Positions 28,802 through 37,899 of a DNA stretch of 64,000 bases are shown here, piece after piece. The DNA is from Actinomycetota bacterium (GTDB lineage: Bacteria; Actinomycetota; UBA4738; HRBIN12): NCBI GenBank assembly GCA_036556805.1, contig DATBIS010000005.1:7782-71781 (forward strand), read 5' to 3'. The position numbers and the translations under genes are program-made. Every line of letters starts with the position of its first letter. The stretch's first letter is position 1. Under the pieces are notes generated by a model. The model worked only from the letters and a program-made list of their open reading frames with translations, did no database searches and had not been told where the DNA came from.

Positions 28802-29635
28802 TCAGACGCGCGACGCGGCCTCGGCCTGGCGGCCCAGGTAGCCCCAGACGAGCAGCACCTGGTAGAGCTCGCGGAGGTCGTCCGTCTCGTAGCGCAGGGT
28901 CCGCGCCGCGGGCCGTTCCGTTCGCGGCACGAGCATCCCCATGTCGACGATCGCCGTGCTCGCGTCCACCTCGAACGTGTAGGGCGGCGGCGGGCGGAAC
29001 GGCCGCAGCGTCCCCGCGCCGATCACGGCCTGTTCGGCGGCGCCCTTGATCACGGTGCGTGCCCACTCCGGGGAGAGCGATCGCGCGGACGTTCGCCCGA
29101 ACGCCTCCTTCACGGCGACGGTGCGCACGCCCGGAAGCGCGGCCTCGGCCTGCTGGCAGCACGCGCGGTCGCCCACCACCAGAGCGACCGGAACCCCGAA
29201 GCTTCCGGCGAGCGCCGCGTTCAGCAACGTCTCGTTCCACGAATCGCCGTTGACGCGCACGTCGGTGAAGAACCCCGCGTAGGTGTGGTCGAGGATCGCC
29301 TGGCTCGTGCCGGCTCCCGCGTGGTACCCGAGGAAGAGCGCGCAGTCCGTGCCGGTCTCGAGCCCGGTCATCATCGAGAACGGCACCTTCGGCGCGCCCT
29401 GCACGAGCTCGGCGCGCTGATCGAGCTTCTGCGGCAACAGGTTCCCCATGTCGCCGTGCGAGTCGCTCACCACCACCCGGGAGGCCCCCGCCTCGAAGGA
29501 ACCCGCGATCGCGGCGTTGGCCTCCTCGGTCATGATCTCGCGGGCCCACGCGTAGTCGTCGGTCCCGCGGGTCATCTGACGTGCCGACGTGAGGCCGGCG
29601 ATGCCTTCCATGTCGATCGAGATGAACACGTCCAT
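28802..29635 (-). CDS. M55 peptidase, DppA-like D-aminopeptidase
   Basis: N-terminal ISIDMEGIAG and SDSHG motifs characteristic of the DppA/M55 family. 277 aa. Confidence 0.8.
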   Translation of the reverse strand: MDVFISIDMEGIAGLTSARQMTRGTDDYAWAREIMTEEANAAIAGSFEAGASRVVVSDSHGDMGNLLPQKLDQRAELVQGAPKVPFSMMTGLETGTDCALFLGYHAGAGTSQAILDHTYAGFFTDVRVNGDSWNETLLNAALAGSFGVPVALVVGDRACCQQAEAALPGVRTVAVKEAFGRTSARSLSPEWARTVIKGAAEQAVIGAGTLRPFRPPPPYTFEVDASTAIVDMGMLVPRTERPAARTLRYETDDLRELYQVLLVWGYLGRQAEAASRV

Positions 29636-29800
29636 GGGTGACGAACTCTATACTTCTCGCGCTCATGACAACGGTCTAGCCGACAACCCCACGCGATCTC
29701 GCCGGACGGGCTCCCGTCCGGCTTCAGGTTCGGCGCGCTCGGTTGGGCCGTTCGCACGTTCCCCGCCGTCGCGCCCTGCAAGAAAGGACGCTCGACGCTC

Positions 29801-31075
29801 GTGGCTCGACGACTTCCCGCGCCGTTCGTGTACCTCCTGAGCGAGGCCCTCATCGGCTTCTTCTTCACGATGACCACGGTCGTGTTCTCGATCTACCTGA
29901 TCCGCGACGTCGGCCTCGACCCGCTTCAGCTCGTGCTGATGGGCACGGCGCTCGAGGCGACGTACTTCCTCTTCGAGGTGCCGACCGGCGTCGTCGCCGA
30001 CGTCGTGAGCCGCAAGGTCTCGATCGTGATCGGCCTGGTGCTCTCGGGGATCGCGTTCCTCGCGCTCGGCCTCGTGCGAAGCTTCGGTGCCGCCATCCTC
30101 ACGCAGCTCCTCTGGGGCTTCGGCGCGACGTTCACGAGCGGCGCCGACGTCGCGTGGATCACCGACGAGGTCGGTGAGGAGGCGGCTCGCCCCCTCTACC
30201 TCCGAGCGGGTCAGTACGGGAACCTGGGCGGGCTGCTCGGCATCGTCGTCGGGATCTCGCTCGCGACGGTCGCGCTCTCCATGCCGATCGTGATCTCCGG
30301 GATCGGGTTCGTCGCGCTCGGCCTGATGCTGGTCGTCGTCATGCCCGAAGAGCACTTCGTGAAGCCGGTCCGCTCGGAGGGTGAACGCATCCACCACTCG
30401 CTTCGGAAGACGCTCGGCGGCAGCGCGCGCGCGATCCGCGGCCATCCGGTGCTGTTCCTGATCCTCGTGGTTGCCGCGCTGCACGGGATGTCGACGGAGG
30501 GCTTCGACCGCCTCGCCGACTTCCACATCCTGCAGGACATCGGGCTCCCCTCGTTCTGGACGTTCGATCGCATCGTGTGGTTCGGCGTGATCGACGCCGG
30601 CGCGCTCCTGCTCGGCATCGCCGCCACCGAGGTCGTGAAGCGGAAGGTCGACCTCGAGCACGTGAACGGGGCGGCGCGAGCGCTGCTCGTCATCGACGTG
30701 GCGCTGATCGCGCTGGTGGCACTCTTCGGCCTGTCGGGTGCGTTCGGCCTGGCGCTCGCCGGGATCTGGCTCGTGGCCGGCCTTCGCACGGTTCGCGACT
30801 CCGTCTTCACGGCGTGGACCAACCGTGGGCTCGATGCGGGCACGCGAGCGACGATCAACTCGATCGTGGGGCAAGCCGACGCGATCGGCCAGACGGCGGG
30901 CGGGCCCGTGCTCGGAGTGATCGCGCGCGCGGCCTCGGTGCCCGCCGCGATCGTGGTATCGGGCCTCGTCCGGCTACCGGCGCTCGTGTTCTACGGCGTC
31001 GCGATCCGCCGCGGGACCGTCGGCGCCGTCCGGCCCGACGAGGTCGCCGACCTCGACGCGGCGGCCGAGAGCTGA
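29801..31075 (+). CDS. MFS transporter
   Basis: 12-TM pattern and 424 aa. Start (GTG 29801) is uncertain. Confidence 0.75.
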   Translation: MARRLPAPFVYLLSEALIGFFFTMTTVVFSIYLIRDVGLDPLQLVLMGTALEATYFLFEVPTGVVADVVSRKVSIVIGLVLSGIAFLALGLVRSFGAAILTQLLWGFGATFTSGADVAWITDEVGEEAARPLYLRAGQYGNLGGLLGIVVGISLATVALSMPIVISGIGFVALGLMLVVVMPEEHFVKPVRSEGERIHHSLRKTLGGSARAIRGHPVLFLILVVAALHGMSTEGFDRLADFHILQDIGLPSFWTFDRIVWFGVIDAGALLLGIAATEVVKRKVDLEHVNGAARALLVIDVALIALVALFGLSGAFGLALAGIWLVAGLRTVRDSVFTAWTNRGLDAGTRATINSIVGQADAIGQTAGGPVLGVIARAASVPAAIVVSGLVRLPALVFYGVAIRRGTVGAVRPDEVADLDAAAES

Positions 31076-31082
31076 TCCGGCG

Positions 31083-31769
31083 CTATTCGTACGGGTCCTC
31101 GGGCGCAGGGATCTCGACGACGCTCGTCGCCGCGAGCTCGGGGACGTCGTCGACGATCCCCGCGAAGGTCCCCGTCACCGTGACCCACTGGTCGCGCGCG
31201 GGCCGATCGCCCGCGACGCCGACGATCCGGATCACGACGGGGGTGGCGTCGGCCGCGCAGCAGGCGATCTGGTAGCGGGCCAGAGGAAAGCTGCCCTCCC
31301 CCGTACCCGCCACGAAACCCGTGAGGAGGACGCTCGCGCCTCGCAGGCTCGTGCCGTCTCGATCGAACGAGCGTTGCCCGAACTCGAGAAGCGTCATCGG
31401 GCGGGCAGGCGCATCGGCGGGAAGCGGGTCGAAGACCGCCGCACCCGCTCGGATGTCGACGGTTGCGCCGCGATCCACGCCGAAGCTCCCGAGCGTCGGC
31501 GGGGCGACGAGCAGCAGCGCGCTGATCGGCGCGAGGAGGAGCCACCCGGCGCCGACGTGAGCACCATGAGAGCGGTCCGGGTCGATCGGCGGGGTCGATC
31601 GGATCGCGCGGGCCACGGTCACGATGCCGATCACGATGACGGCCACCGCCGCGGCGGCGAGCCACGGTCCCATCCCACCGCGGACGTATCGACGATAGGT
31701 CCCCGTGACGGTGAGCCGCATCAGCACCGCGCCGACGAGCAAGCTGATCGTTCCGCCGGCCGCGTTCAC
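31083..31769 (-). CDS. TIGR03943/DUF1980-type two-TM protein (partner of COG0701 permease)
   Basis: Two N-terminal TM helices and a C-terminal soluble domain with a CC motif (YQIACCAADA). GTG 31769 overlaps the permease stop (GTGA). It is the only credible part of the 1325-aa track ORF. Confidence 0.7.
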   Translation of the reverse strand: MNAAGGTISLLVGAVLMRLTVTGTYRRYVRGGMGPWLAAAAVAVIVIGIVTVARAIRSTPPIDPDRSHGAHVGAGWLLLAPISALLLVAPPTLGSFGVDRGATVDIRAGAAVFDPLPADAPARPMTLLEFGQRSFDRDGTSLRGASVLLTGFVAGTGEGSFPLARYQIACCAADATPVVIRIVGVAGDRPARDQWVTVTGTFAGIVDDVPELAATSVVEIPAPEDPYE

Positions 31770-32791
31770 AGCAACCACCAACCGACCAAGGCGCTCGACG
31801 CCACGGCGGCCACCAACGTGAGCGGCGCGAAGCGCGTCGCAAAACGCCGGCCGAAGGTTCCCGCCTGCAAGGCGACAAGCTTGACGTCGACCATCGGCCC
31901 CACGACGAGGAACGCCAGGCGAGCGCTCAGGGAGAACTGCGTGAGGCTGGCGGCCACGAACGCGTCGGCTTCCGAGCAGATGGCCATCGCCACCGCGAGG
32001 CCGGCCATCGCGAGCACGGAGAGCGGGCCGGCGCCCGCCACGCCGTCGAGCACGCTCCGCGGCACGACCGTCTGGAGGGTGGCCGCCGTCGCGGCGCCGA
32101 CGATGAGGAACCCGCCCGCGTGGAGGAAGTCGTGCTGCGCGGTGGCCACGAGCACGGCGAGGGGAGGCCCGTCGACGGCGGAACGCCGGCGACGGGCTCG
32201 GTCGAGGAGCTCGTCGCGGCCCCGACGAGCCCAGATGAGCCCGACGAGGTTCGCGGCGAGCAAGCTCGCCGCGAACCGGGCGACGACCATCTCGGGCCGG
32301 CCCGGGAACGCCACCGCGGTCGCAACGAGGACCACCGGGTTGATCGCGGGCGCCGAAAGCAGGAACGCGAGCGCGGCCGCCGGCGGCGCGCCCTGCGCCA
32401 CCAGCCGTCCGGCGATGGGCACCGATCCGCACTCGCAGCCCGGGAGGACGGCGCCGGCCGCGGCGGCGACCGGGACCGCCAGCGCGGGTCGATCCGGAAG
32501 CATCCTTGGGAAGAATCCCGCCGGCACGAGCGCCGCGACGACGGCGCTCACGGTCACGCCCAACACGAGGAAGGGCATCGCCTGCACCGCGATCGCGACG
32601 AAGACCGTCGCCCAGTGGGCGATCGCGGGGCGATCGAGGAGGTCCTGCAGCGCCGGGCGAAGCACCGCGGCGGCGACGACCACGAGCACGACGACCGCGA
32701 GGCCCGCGGTCGTGCGGCGCGTTCCCGGACCACGCAGGTCGTCGGTCGGCGCGATGTTCGCGCCGACCTCCTTGCCGATCCAACCCGACAT
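31766..32791 (-). CDS. Predicted permease (COG0701 / ArsP_1-like)
   Basis: Polytopic protein with a conserved PGCECG motif (LPGCECGSVP) and a second CSEADAF block. ATG 32791. Confidence 0.75.
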   Translation of the reverse strand: MSGWIGKEVGANIAPTDDLRGPGTRRTTAGLAVVVLVVVAAAVLRPALQDLLDRPAIAHWATVFVAIAVQAMPFLVLGVTVSAVVAALVPAGFFPRMLPDRPALAVPVAAAAGAVLPGCECGSVPIAGRLVAQGAPPAAALAFLLSAPAINPVVLVATAVAFPGRPEMVVARFAASLLAANLVGLIWARRGRDELLDRARRRRSAVDGPPLAVLVATAQHDFLHAGGFLIVGAATAATLQTVVPRSVLDGVAGAGPLSVLAMAGLAVAMAICSEADAFVAASLTQFSLSARLAFLVVGPMVDVKLVALQAGTFGRRFATRFAPLTLVAAVASSALVGWWLL

Positions 32792-32936
32792 CGGGCGGCG
32801 AGCATACAGCGGCGTTCCACCGCCCCGGACCGGGAACGATCGCGGGAACGCACGGTCCACGCTGCCGACATGCGTTGTTCTCACGAGCGTGGCAGCATGT
32901 GTCGACGGGCAGCCGTTCGAAGAGGGGGAGGGGACG

Positions 32937-34811
32937 ATGGCCGGGAAGAGGCTCCGAGGATTCTCCGCGCAGGCGATGCTCGTCCTGCTTGCCGTCGGCG
33001 TGGTCGTCGCGGCTCCGCTCGCCGCGCCGAACCGTGCGAGCAACGACGTCATCATCTCCGGTGCGAGATCGATCAACGATCAGCTCCTCGTCACGTTCGC
33101 GAGACCGGCGTCGACGACCACCGACGTCCACCTGCTCGCGTTCAACGACTTCCACGGCAACCTCGAGGCCGCCGGGCTCAACATCTACGGGCACTTCGCC
33201 GGCGGCGCCGCGTACCTCGCGAAGGCAATCAAGGACCGGCAGGCTCTGTACGGCAACCTCGAGACGACGATCTTCGCGGGCGACAACATTGGAGCGAGCC
33301 CCCTCGCGAACGGCCTGTTCTTCGAGGAGCCGGCCACGATCGTCGCGAACCTCATGAACGTCGACTTCGCGTCGGTCGGGAACCACGAGTTCGACAAGGG
33401 CAGCACAGAGCTCCAGCGCATCCAGAACGGTGGCTGCCGACCGGTCGAAGGCTGCACGGCGGCTCCGTACGCGCTGCCCGACGGCACGACCACCGACGTC
33501 TTCCCCGGCGCGGACTTCCAATACCTGTCCGCGAACGTGGTCGTGGACTCGACCGGCAAGACGCTCTTCCCCGCCTACGGGATCCAGAAGTACAAGGGGA
33601 ACAGCGGCAGGAAGTTCAGCGTCGGGTTCATCGGCGAGGTGCTGGAATCGACCCCGACGATCGTCACGCCCACCGGGGTCGCGGGCCTCACGTTCCAGGA
33701 CGAAGCCGATGCGGCGAACGCCGCCGTGCGGACGCTCCAGAAGATCGGCGTGCGGACGTCGGTGCTCGTCGTTCATGAGGGCGGGTTCCAGACCGGCGGC
33801 GTCCTGAACGGCTGCAACGGGAGTCTCGCGGGGAGTCCGATCGTCGACATCGCGAGCCGTCTCGACCCGTCGATCAAGGTGATCGTGTCGGCGCACACGC
33901 ACGCCGAGTACCGTTGCACGCTGACGACCGGCGGCGTGACGCGACTCATCACGAGCGCGTCGTCCTTCGGCCGGATCCTCACCGACATCACGCTCACGAT
34001 CGCCGACAAGACCGGCGACCTCGTTGCGTCGAGCGCGGAGAACGTGATCGTCGACAACGCGCTCAACGCGCCGGGGCCCGGCGTGACGCGCATCCCGGAT
34101 CCGTCGAAGGCGGATCCCCAGGTGCAGGCGGTCGTCGACCAGTATGTGACGGCCTCGGCGCCGCTCGCGAACCAAGTCATCGGCCGGATCCAGGGCGATC
34201 TCACCCGGACCGGGTCCGCGTTCGGCGAGTCGACGCTCGGCGACGTGATCGCGGACGCGCAGTTCGCGGCGACCGAACCGGCGACCCTGGGGGACGCGCA
34301 GCTCGCCTTCATGAACCCGGGCGGCATCCGCGGGGACCTTCTCGCATCCGCGATCTCCTCCGGCGGTGAGGCCGTCGGCGAGGTCACATACGGCGAGGCG
34401 TTCACCGTGCAGCCGTTCGGCAACAGCCTCGTGACGAAGACGATGACCGGCGACATGATCCGACGCGTGCTCGAGCAGCAGTTCGTCGGCTGCGGAGGGC
34501 AGACCGTGCAGCGGATCCTCCAGATCTCGGCGTCCTTCTCGTACGAGCAGGATCCCGCTTCGGCGACCTGCTCGGGTCATATTGGGACGATGTGGGTGGA
34601 CGGGGTCGAGGTGGCGTCCACCGATTCGTTCCGCGTCACGATGAACAACTTCCTCGCGTTCGGCGGGGACGGGTTCACCGTGTTCAACGAGGGCACGGAC
34701 GCGCTGGGCGGCGCCCAGGACATCGACGCGCTCGTGGCCGCGTTCCAGGCGGCCGAGCCTACAGGCATCGCGGTGCCGCCGCTCGATCGGATCGTCGCGA
34801 TCGCGGCCTAG
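32937..34811 (+). CDS. Secreted bifunctional metallophosphatase/5'-nucleotidase (UshA family)
   Basis: Signal peptide. Metallophosphoesterase motifs (NDFHGNL, GDNIGASP, GNHEFD, SAHTHAEY) and a C-terminal 5'-nucleotidase domain. RBS GGGGGAGGGGA precedes ATG 32937. Confidence 0.85.
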   Translation: MAGKRLRGFSAQAMLVLLAVGVVVAAPLAAPNRASNDVIISGARSINDQLLVTFARPASTTTDVHLLAFNDFHGNLEAAGLNIYGHFAGGAAYLAKAIKDRQALYGNLETTIFAGDNIGASPLANGLFFEEPATIVANLMNVDFASVGNHEFDKGSTELQRIQNGGCRPVEGCTAAPYALPDGTTTDVFPGADFQYLSANVVVDSTGKTLFPAYGIQKYKGNSGRKFSVGFIGEVLESTPTIVTPTGVAGLTFQDEADAANAAVRTLQKIGVRTSVLVVHEGGFQTGGVLNGCNGSLAGSPIVDIASRLDPSIKVIVSAHTHAEYRCTLTTGGVTRLITSASSFGRILTDITLTIADKTGDLVASSAENVIVDNALNAPGPGVTRIPDPSKADPQVQAVVDQYVTASAPLANQVIGRIQGDLTRTGSAFGESTLGDVIADAQFAATEPATLGDAQLAFMNPGGIRGDLLASAISSGGEAVGEVTYGEAFTVQPFGNSLVTKTMTGDMIRRVLEQQFVGCGGQTVQRILQISASFSYEQDPASATCSGHIGTMWVDGVEVASTDSFRVTMNNFLAFGGDGFTVFNEGTDALGGAQDIDALVAAFQAAEPTGIAVPPLDRIVAIAA

Positions 34812-34817
34812 ACCTGC

Positions 34818-35378
34818 ATGGGGGCGCCCGGGCCTCGGCCCGGGCGCCCGTTCGAAGGGGGCCTCGTGGCGATCGTTCGGTCGGATCGGCCCGTGTCGAC
34901 GAGGCGGATCGCCGCCGCCGCCCGACGACTCCTGGAAGCGTCGACGCTGTGCACGATCTCGACCGTGTCCGCTGGCGGGCGCCCTCACGCCAACACCGCG
35001 TACTTCTCGTGGAACCGATCGTTCGACCTCGTCTGGCTCTCGGATCCGGGCTCGACGCATTCACGACATCTGCGAACGACGCCGTCGGCGGCGGTCGTCG
35101 TCTACGACTCGCGTCAGACGTGGGGCGAGGCCGACCGCGGGATCCAGCTGTTCGGTTCCGCGAGCGAGGCGACCGGCTCCGCGCGACGAGAGGCCGAGCG
35201 CTCCTACGCGCGCCGGTTCCCCGACTACACGGACGCCGGCGACTATCGCTTCTACCGATTCAGGCCGCGGCGGCTGAAGCTGTTCGACGAGACGGTGTTC
35301 GGCTCGGGCGTCTTCGTGTCGGCGGCCGTGCGGGGCGGCGACGTCGCATGGACGCGCACGGATGTGGTCGCCGCCTAG
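34818..35378 (+). CDS. Pyridoxamine 5'-phosphate oxidase-like FMN-binding split-barrel protein
   Basis: LCTISTVSAGGRPHANTAYF block typical of the PNPOx-like family. The start could be the GTG a few codons downstream. Confidence 0.65.
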   Translation: MGAPGPRPGRPFEGGLVAIVRSDRPVSTRRIAAAARRLLEASTLCTISTVSAGGRPHANTAYFSWNRSFDLVWLSDPGSTHSRHLRTTPSAAVVVYDSRQTWGEADRGIQLFGSASEATGSARREAERSYARRFPDYTDAGDYRFYRFRPRRLKLFDETVFGSGVFVSAAVRGGDVAWTRTDVVAA

Positions 35379-35396
35379 GTGCGGGGGGGCCGTCCT

Positions 35397-36155
35397 CTAC
35401 GCGAGGCCCTTCGCGGCCCACGCCTTCGCCGTGAGCTCGAACGGAGCGGCCGGGAGCAACTGCCGACACCGCTCGCGGAGCCGTGCCCTTCGTTCCTCGT
35501 CGAGCGTCGTCACGTGTGCGCCGGCCGGGCCGACGCCGAGCGTGAACGGCGCCCACCACTCGTCGAACGTCGGGTGGCCGACCGTCACGGACAGCTGGGT
35601 ATCGACCACCTCGCGCACGCCGGCCGACTCGAACAGCTCGGCCAGGTGGCCTTCGCGCGCCCCCGCCAGCCCCGACTCGTCCTCGAGGCCGGGCTCGAGC
35701 TCGCGAGCGGCCTCCCAGAAGACGCCGAGCGGACCCTCGCCGCCTGCGTGATCCCAGACGCACGCCGCCACCACCCCGCCGCCGCGAGTCACCCGCCGCA
35801 TCTCGCGGAGCCCTTCGACCGGGTCGGTCATGAAGTGGACGACGAGCTGCGCGAGCGCAGCATCGAACGCCGCCGCCTCGAACGGCAGGTGCTCGGCGAT
35901 GGCCTGCTGCACCTCGACCCCGGGCTGACGCGATCGCACCGCCGCGACGAAGGTCTCCGACGGATCGACCGCGGACACCGCGTCGGGCCCGAGTCTCGCC
36001 GCCAAGACCGCCGTGAGCGCCCCCGAACCGCAGCCGACGTCGAGCGCTCGATCACCGCCCGCGACCATCGCGAAGTCGGCGAAGCGGGGCGCGAGCGGCT
36101 GGGAGTACCTCCCCATGAAACGGTCGTAGGCGTCCGGCTCGACCTCGAAGCTCAC
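35397..36155 (-). CDS. Class I SAM-dependent methyltransferase
   Basis: Motif I LDVGCGSG and the N-terminal YDRFMGRYS block of this family. GTG start at 36155. Confidence 0.85.
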   Translation of the reverse strand: MSFEVEPDAYDRFMGRYSQPLAPRFADFAMVAGGDRALDVGCGSGALTAVLAARLGPDAVSAVDPSETFVAAVRSRQPGVEVQQAIAEHLPFEAAAFDAALAQLVVHFMTDPVEGLREMRRVTRGGGVVAACVWDHAGGEGPLGVFWEAARELEPGLEDESGLAGAREGHLAELFESAGVREVVDTQLSVTVGHPTFDEWWAPFTLGVGPAGAHVTTLDEERRARLRERCRQLLPAAPFELTAKAWAAKGLA

Positions 36156-36250
36156 GGGCTTGATCCTAGTGGTCGACGGTCAGGCCACGGTTGCGGAGCT
36201 CGGCTTGCAGTTCCTCCGGTACCCTGCTTTCCTTCGCTCGAGGTCACCAT
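36152..36250 (-). CDS. Possible 32-codon upstream ORF coupled to the methyltransferase
   Basis: ATG 36250 lies 7 nt after GGAAAGGAG. Its TGA overlaps the methyltransferase GTG (GTGA). Composition is not clearly coding, so this is speculative. Confidence 0.25.
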   Translation of the reverse strand: MVTSSEGKQGTGGTASRAPQPWPDRRPLGSSP

Positions 36251-36343
36251 CTCGGTGCTCCTTTCCCGCGATCGCCCTGCTTCCGGCGATGCGCTTCCTC
36301 ATGGGTAGAACGCCGACGGCCTTCATGAGGTTCGCGCCCTGTC

Positions 36344-36359
36344 GGTGACATGTGTCACA
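36344..36359. promoter_or_regulatory. CRP/FNR-type half-site pair GGTGA-N6-TCACA
   Basis: GGTGACATGTGTCACA in a ~430-bp intergenic region. It has one mismatch to the TGTGA-N6-TCACA consensus. Confidence 0.3.
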
Positions 36360-36588
36360 GGTCGCCGGCAAGCCGACGTGGGGTTCCGTTCGTCGTGGAC
36401 GCACGAGCGGGTTGCGTTCTCGGGGAAGGAGGACCAGAGTACGAGCCGATGCCCTCGGCTGAGATCTCCCCGCCGCCGGCCTAGAGCCGGCCCTCACCAC
36501 ATCGGCCGCACAGCCCACGCGTTCGTCGTTTTCGCGGTCTCCGGAATGCGTCCCATCGAACCGGCGCGCGCGCGTGAGAGGAGATCCC

Positions 36589-37101
36589 ATGAGTCGTTCG
36601 TTTCTCGAACCCGCATTCGCACACCACGTCTGGGCAACGCTTCGCGTGATCGATGCTTGTGTCGATCTGAGCGACGACGAGCTCCAGACCAACGTCCCCG
36701 GCACGCGTGGACCGATGCTCGCGACGCTTCGCCACGTCGTCGAAGGCGACGCGAACGACCTGTTCATCCTGACCGGCGACCGCGCCTACGACGTCGACGT
36801 GGAGCCGATGTCGCTCGCCGAGGTCCGCTCGCTGATGGAGCGCACGGGCGCCGGATGGGCGCAGCTCGTTGCCGGAGCGCCCGATCTCGATGCCGTCGTG
36901 CGGGAGATCGACGACACCGATGGTTATCAGCGGTGGGCCCCAGTCGGACTCAGGCTCGCAGGAACGCTGGAGCACGGCATCGACCATCGCAGTCAGATCT
37001 GTACCGCCCTCACGACGCTCGGCATGGACCCACCCAAGATCGACGTCATGAGCTTCGGCCTGGACGTCGGCCGAGTCCGGGAGAAGATGCCGGACTCGTA
37101 G
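36589..37101 (+). CDS. DinB-family protein
   Basis: Four-helix DinB pattern with His residues (HHVWAT, LRHVVEGD, EHGIDHRSQ). ATG 36589 follows GAGAGGAG. Confidence 0.75.
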   Translation: MSRSFLEPAFAHHVWATLRVIDACVDLSDDELQTNVPGTRGPMLATLRHVVEGDANDLFILTGDRAYDVDVEPMSLAEVRSLMERTGAGWAQLVAGAPDLDAVVREIDDTDGYQRWAPVGLRLAGTLEHGIDHRSQICTALTTLGMDPPKIDVMSFGLDVGRVREKMPDS

Positions 37102-37171
37102 TGCGGTGACCGCGCCGTCCCACGCGACGCGCCGCGGGTCGGCAACATGACGGAACTGGTGGTGTATTATG

Positions 37172-37185
37172 ACTGACTAGTCAGT
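37172..37185. promoter_or_regulatory. Perfect 14-bp palindrome ACTGACTAGTCAGT, probable TetR operator
   Basis: Located 30 nt upstream of the TetR start, flanked by AT-rich hexamers TATTAT and TTTATA. Confidence 0.6.
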
Positions 37186-37214
37186 TTATACGGCCGGAAT
37201 GGCTGAGGAGGTTC

Positions 37215-37811
37215 GTGCCCCGTCTCGCCGAAGCAGCACGCACGGAACGGCGACAGCACCTGATCGACGCGGGGTGGCGCTGCGCATCCGTGCAGGGCTT
37301 CCGATCGCTCACCGTCGATGACGTGTGCGCCGAGGCCGGCGTGTCGAAGGGAGCCTTCTACCTCTACTTCGACCAGAAGCAGGACCTGCTGCTCGCGCTG
37401 CTTGAGGACGACGCCGCCGGCGTGGACGCGATCATGCAAGCACTGGAGCGCTCGCGGGCAAGCGGCGTGGAGCGCCTCCGTCGTCTCGTTCGGGCCGAGC
37501 TCGAACGCGGGGACGACATCGCAAGGCTTCAGGTTCGGGCTGATCTTTGGGCCGAGATGTCCTCGAATCCCAACCTTCGGGAGCGGTTCGCGGAGGTCGT
37601 GCGCCGACGCCGACTCGTCTTGCGATCGTGGATCGACGAGGCGATCGAGGCCGGCGAGCTCATCGACATCCCCCCCAACGCTCTCGCGGCGATCCTACTG
37701 GCCCTGGGCGACGGGCTGATGCTCCATGCGGGTCTCGATCCGTCGGGTTTTCGTTGGACGAACGTCAGCCGGGCCTTGGACGCCATCCTCGAAGGGATTG
37801 CTCGCGCATGA
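37215..37811 (+). CDS. TetR-family transcriptional regulator
   Basis: N-terminal HTH (LTVDDVCAEAGVSKGAFYLYF). GTG 37215 follows GAGGAGG. Confidence 0.9.
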   Translation: MPRLAEAARTERRQHLIDAGWRCASVQGFRSLTVDDVCAEAGVSKGAFYLYFDQKQDLLLALLEDDAAGVDAIMQALERSRASGVERLRRLVRAELERGDDIARLQVRADLWAEMSSNPNLRERFAEVVRRRRLVLRSWIDEAIEAGELIDIPPNALAAILLALGDGLMLHAGLDPSGFRWTNVSRALDAILEGIARA

Positions 37812-37899
37812 CCGGCCGGCCTTCATGGATCGGATGGGATGGCAGCGTCGTGCGCGTTCCTGTCCACGAGAGCGAGCGCCGATCCGGCTCCGCGATCGG

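Noticed and set aside
31083-35060. 1325-aa ORF on the minus strand, the longest in the track
   Set aside because: It is Arg/Gly/Pro-rich with low-complexity composition. It runs antisense to the well-supported 5'-nucleotidase and PNPOx genes. Only its last 228 codons (31083-31769, TIGR03943-like) look like real protein. This is a typical alternate-frame artefact of very GC-rich DNA.
36177-36245. SAP/HeH-like peptide EELQAELRNRGLTVDH encoded on the minus strand
   Set aside because: A TGA lies immediately upstream in that frame, there is no start codon, and the motif is cut short by a TAG. It is either a chance match or a tiny gene remnant, not a supportable feature.
37812-37899. Fluoride-riboswitch-controlled ClC-F type channel
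   Set aside because: The channel has the chloride-type GREGP/GIFGPG motifs. The short upstream region shows no riboswitch-like conserved structure that I can recognise. TetR control is the better-supported reading.
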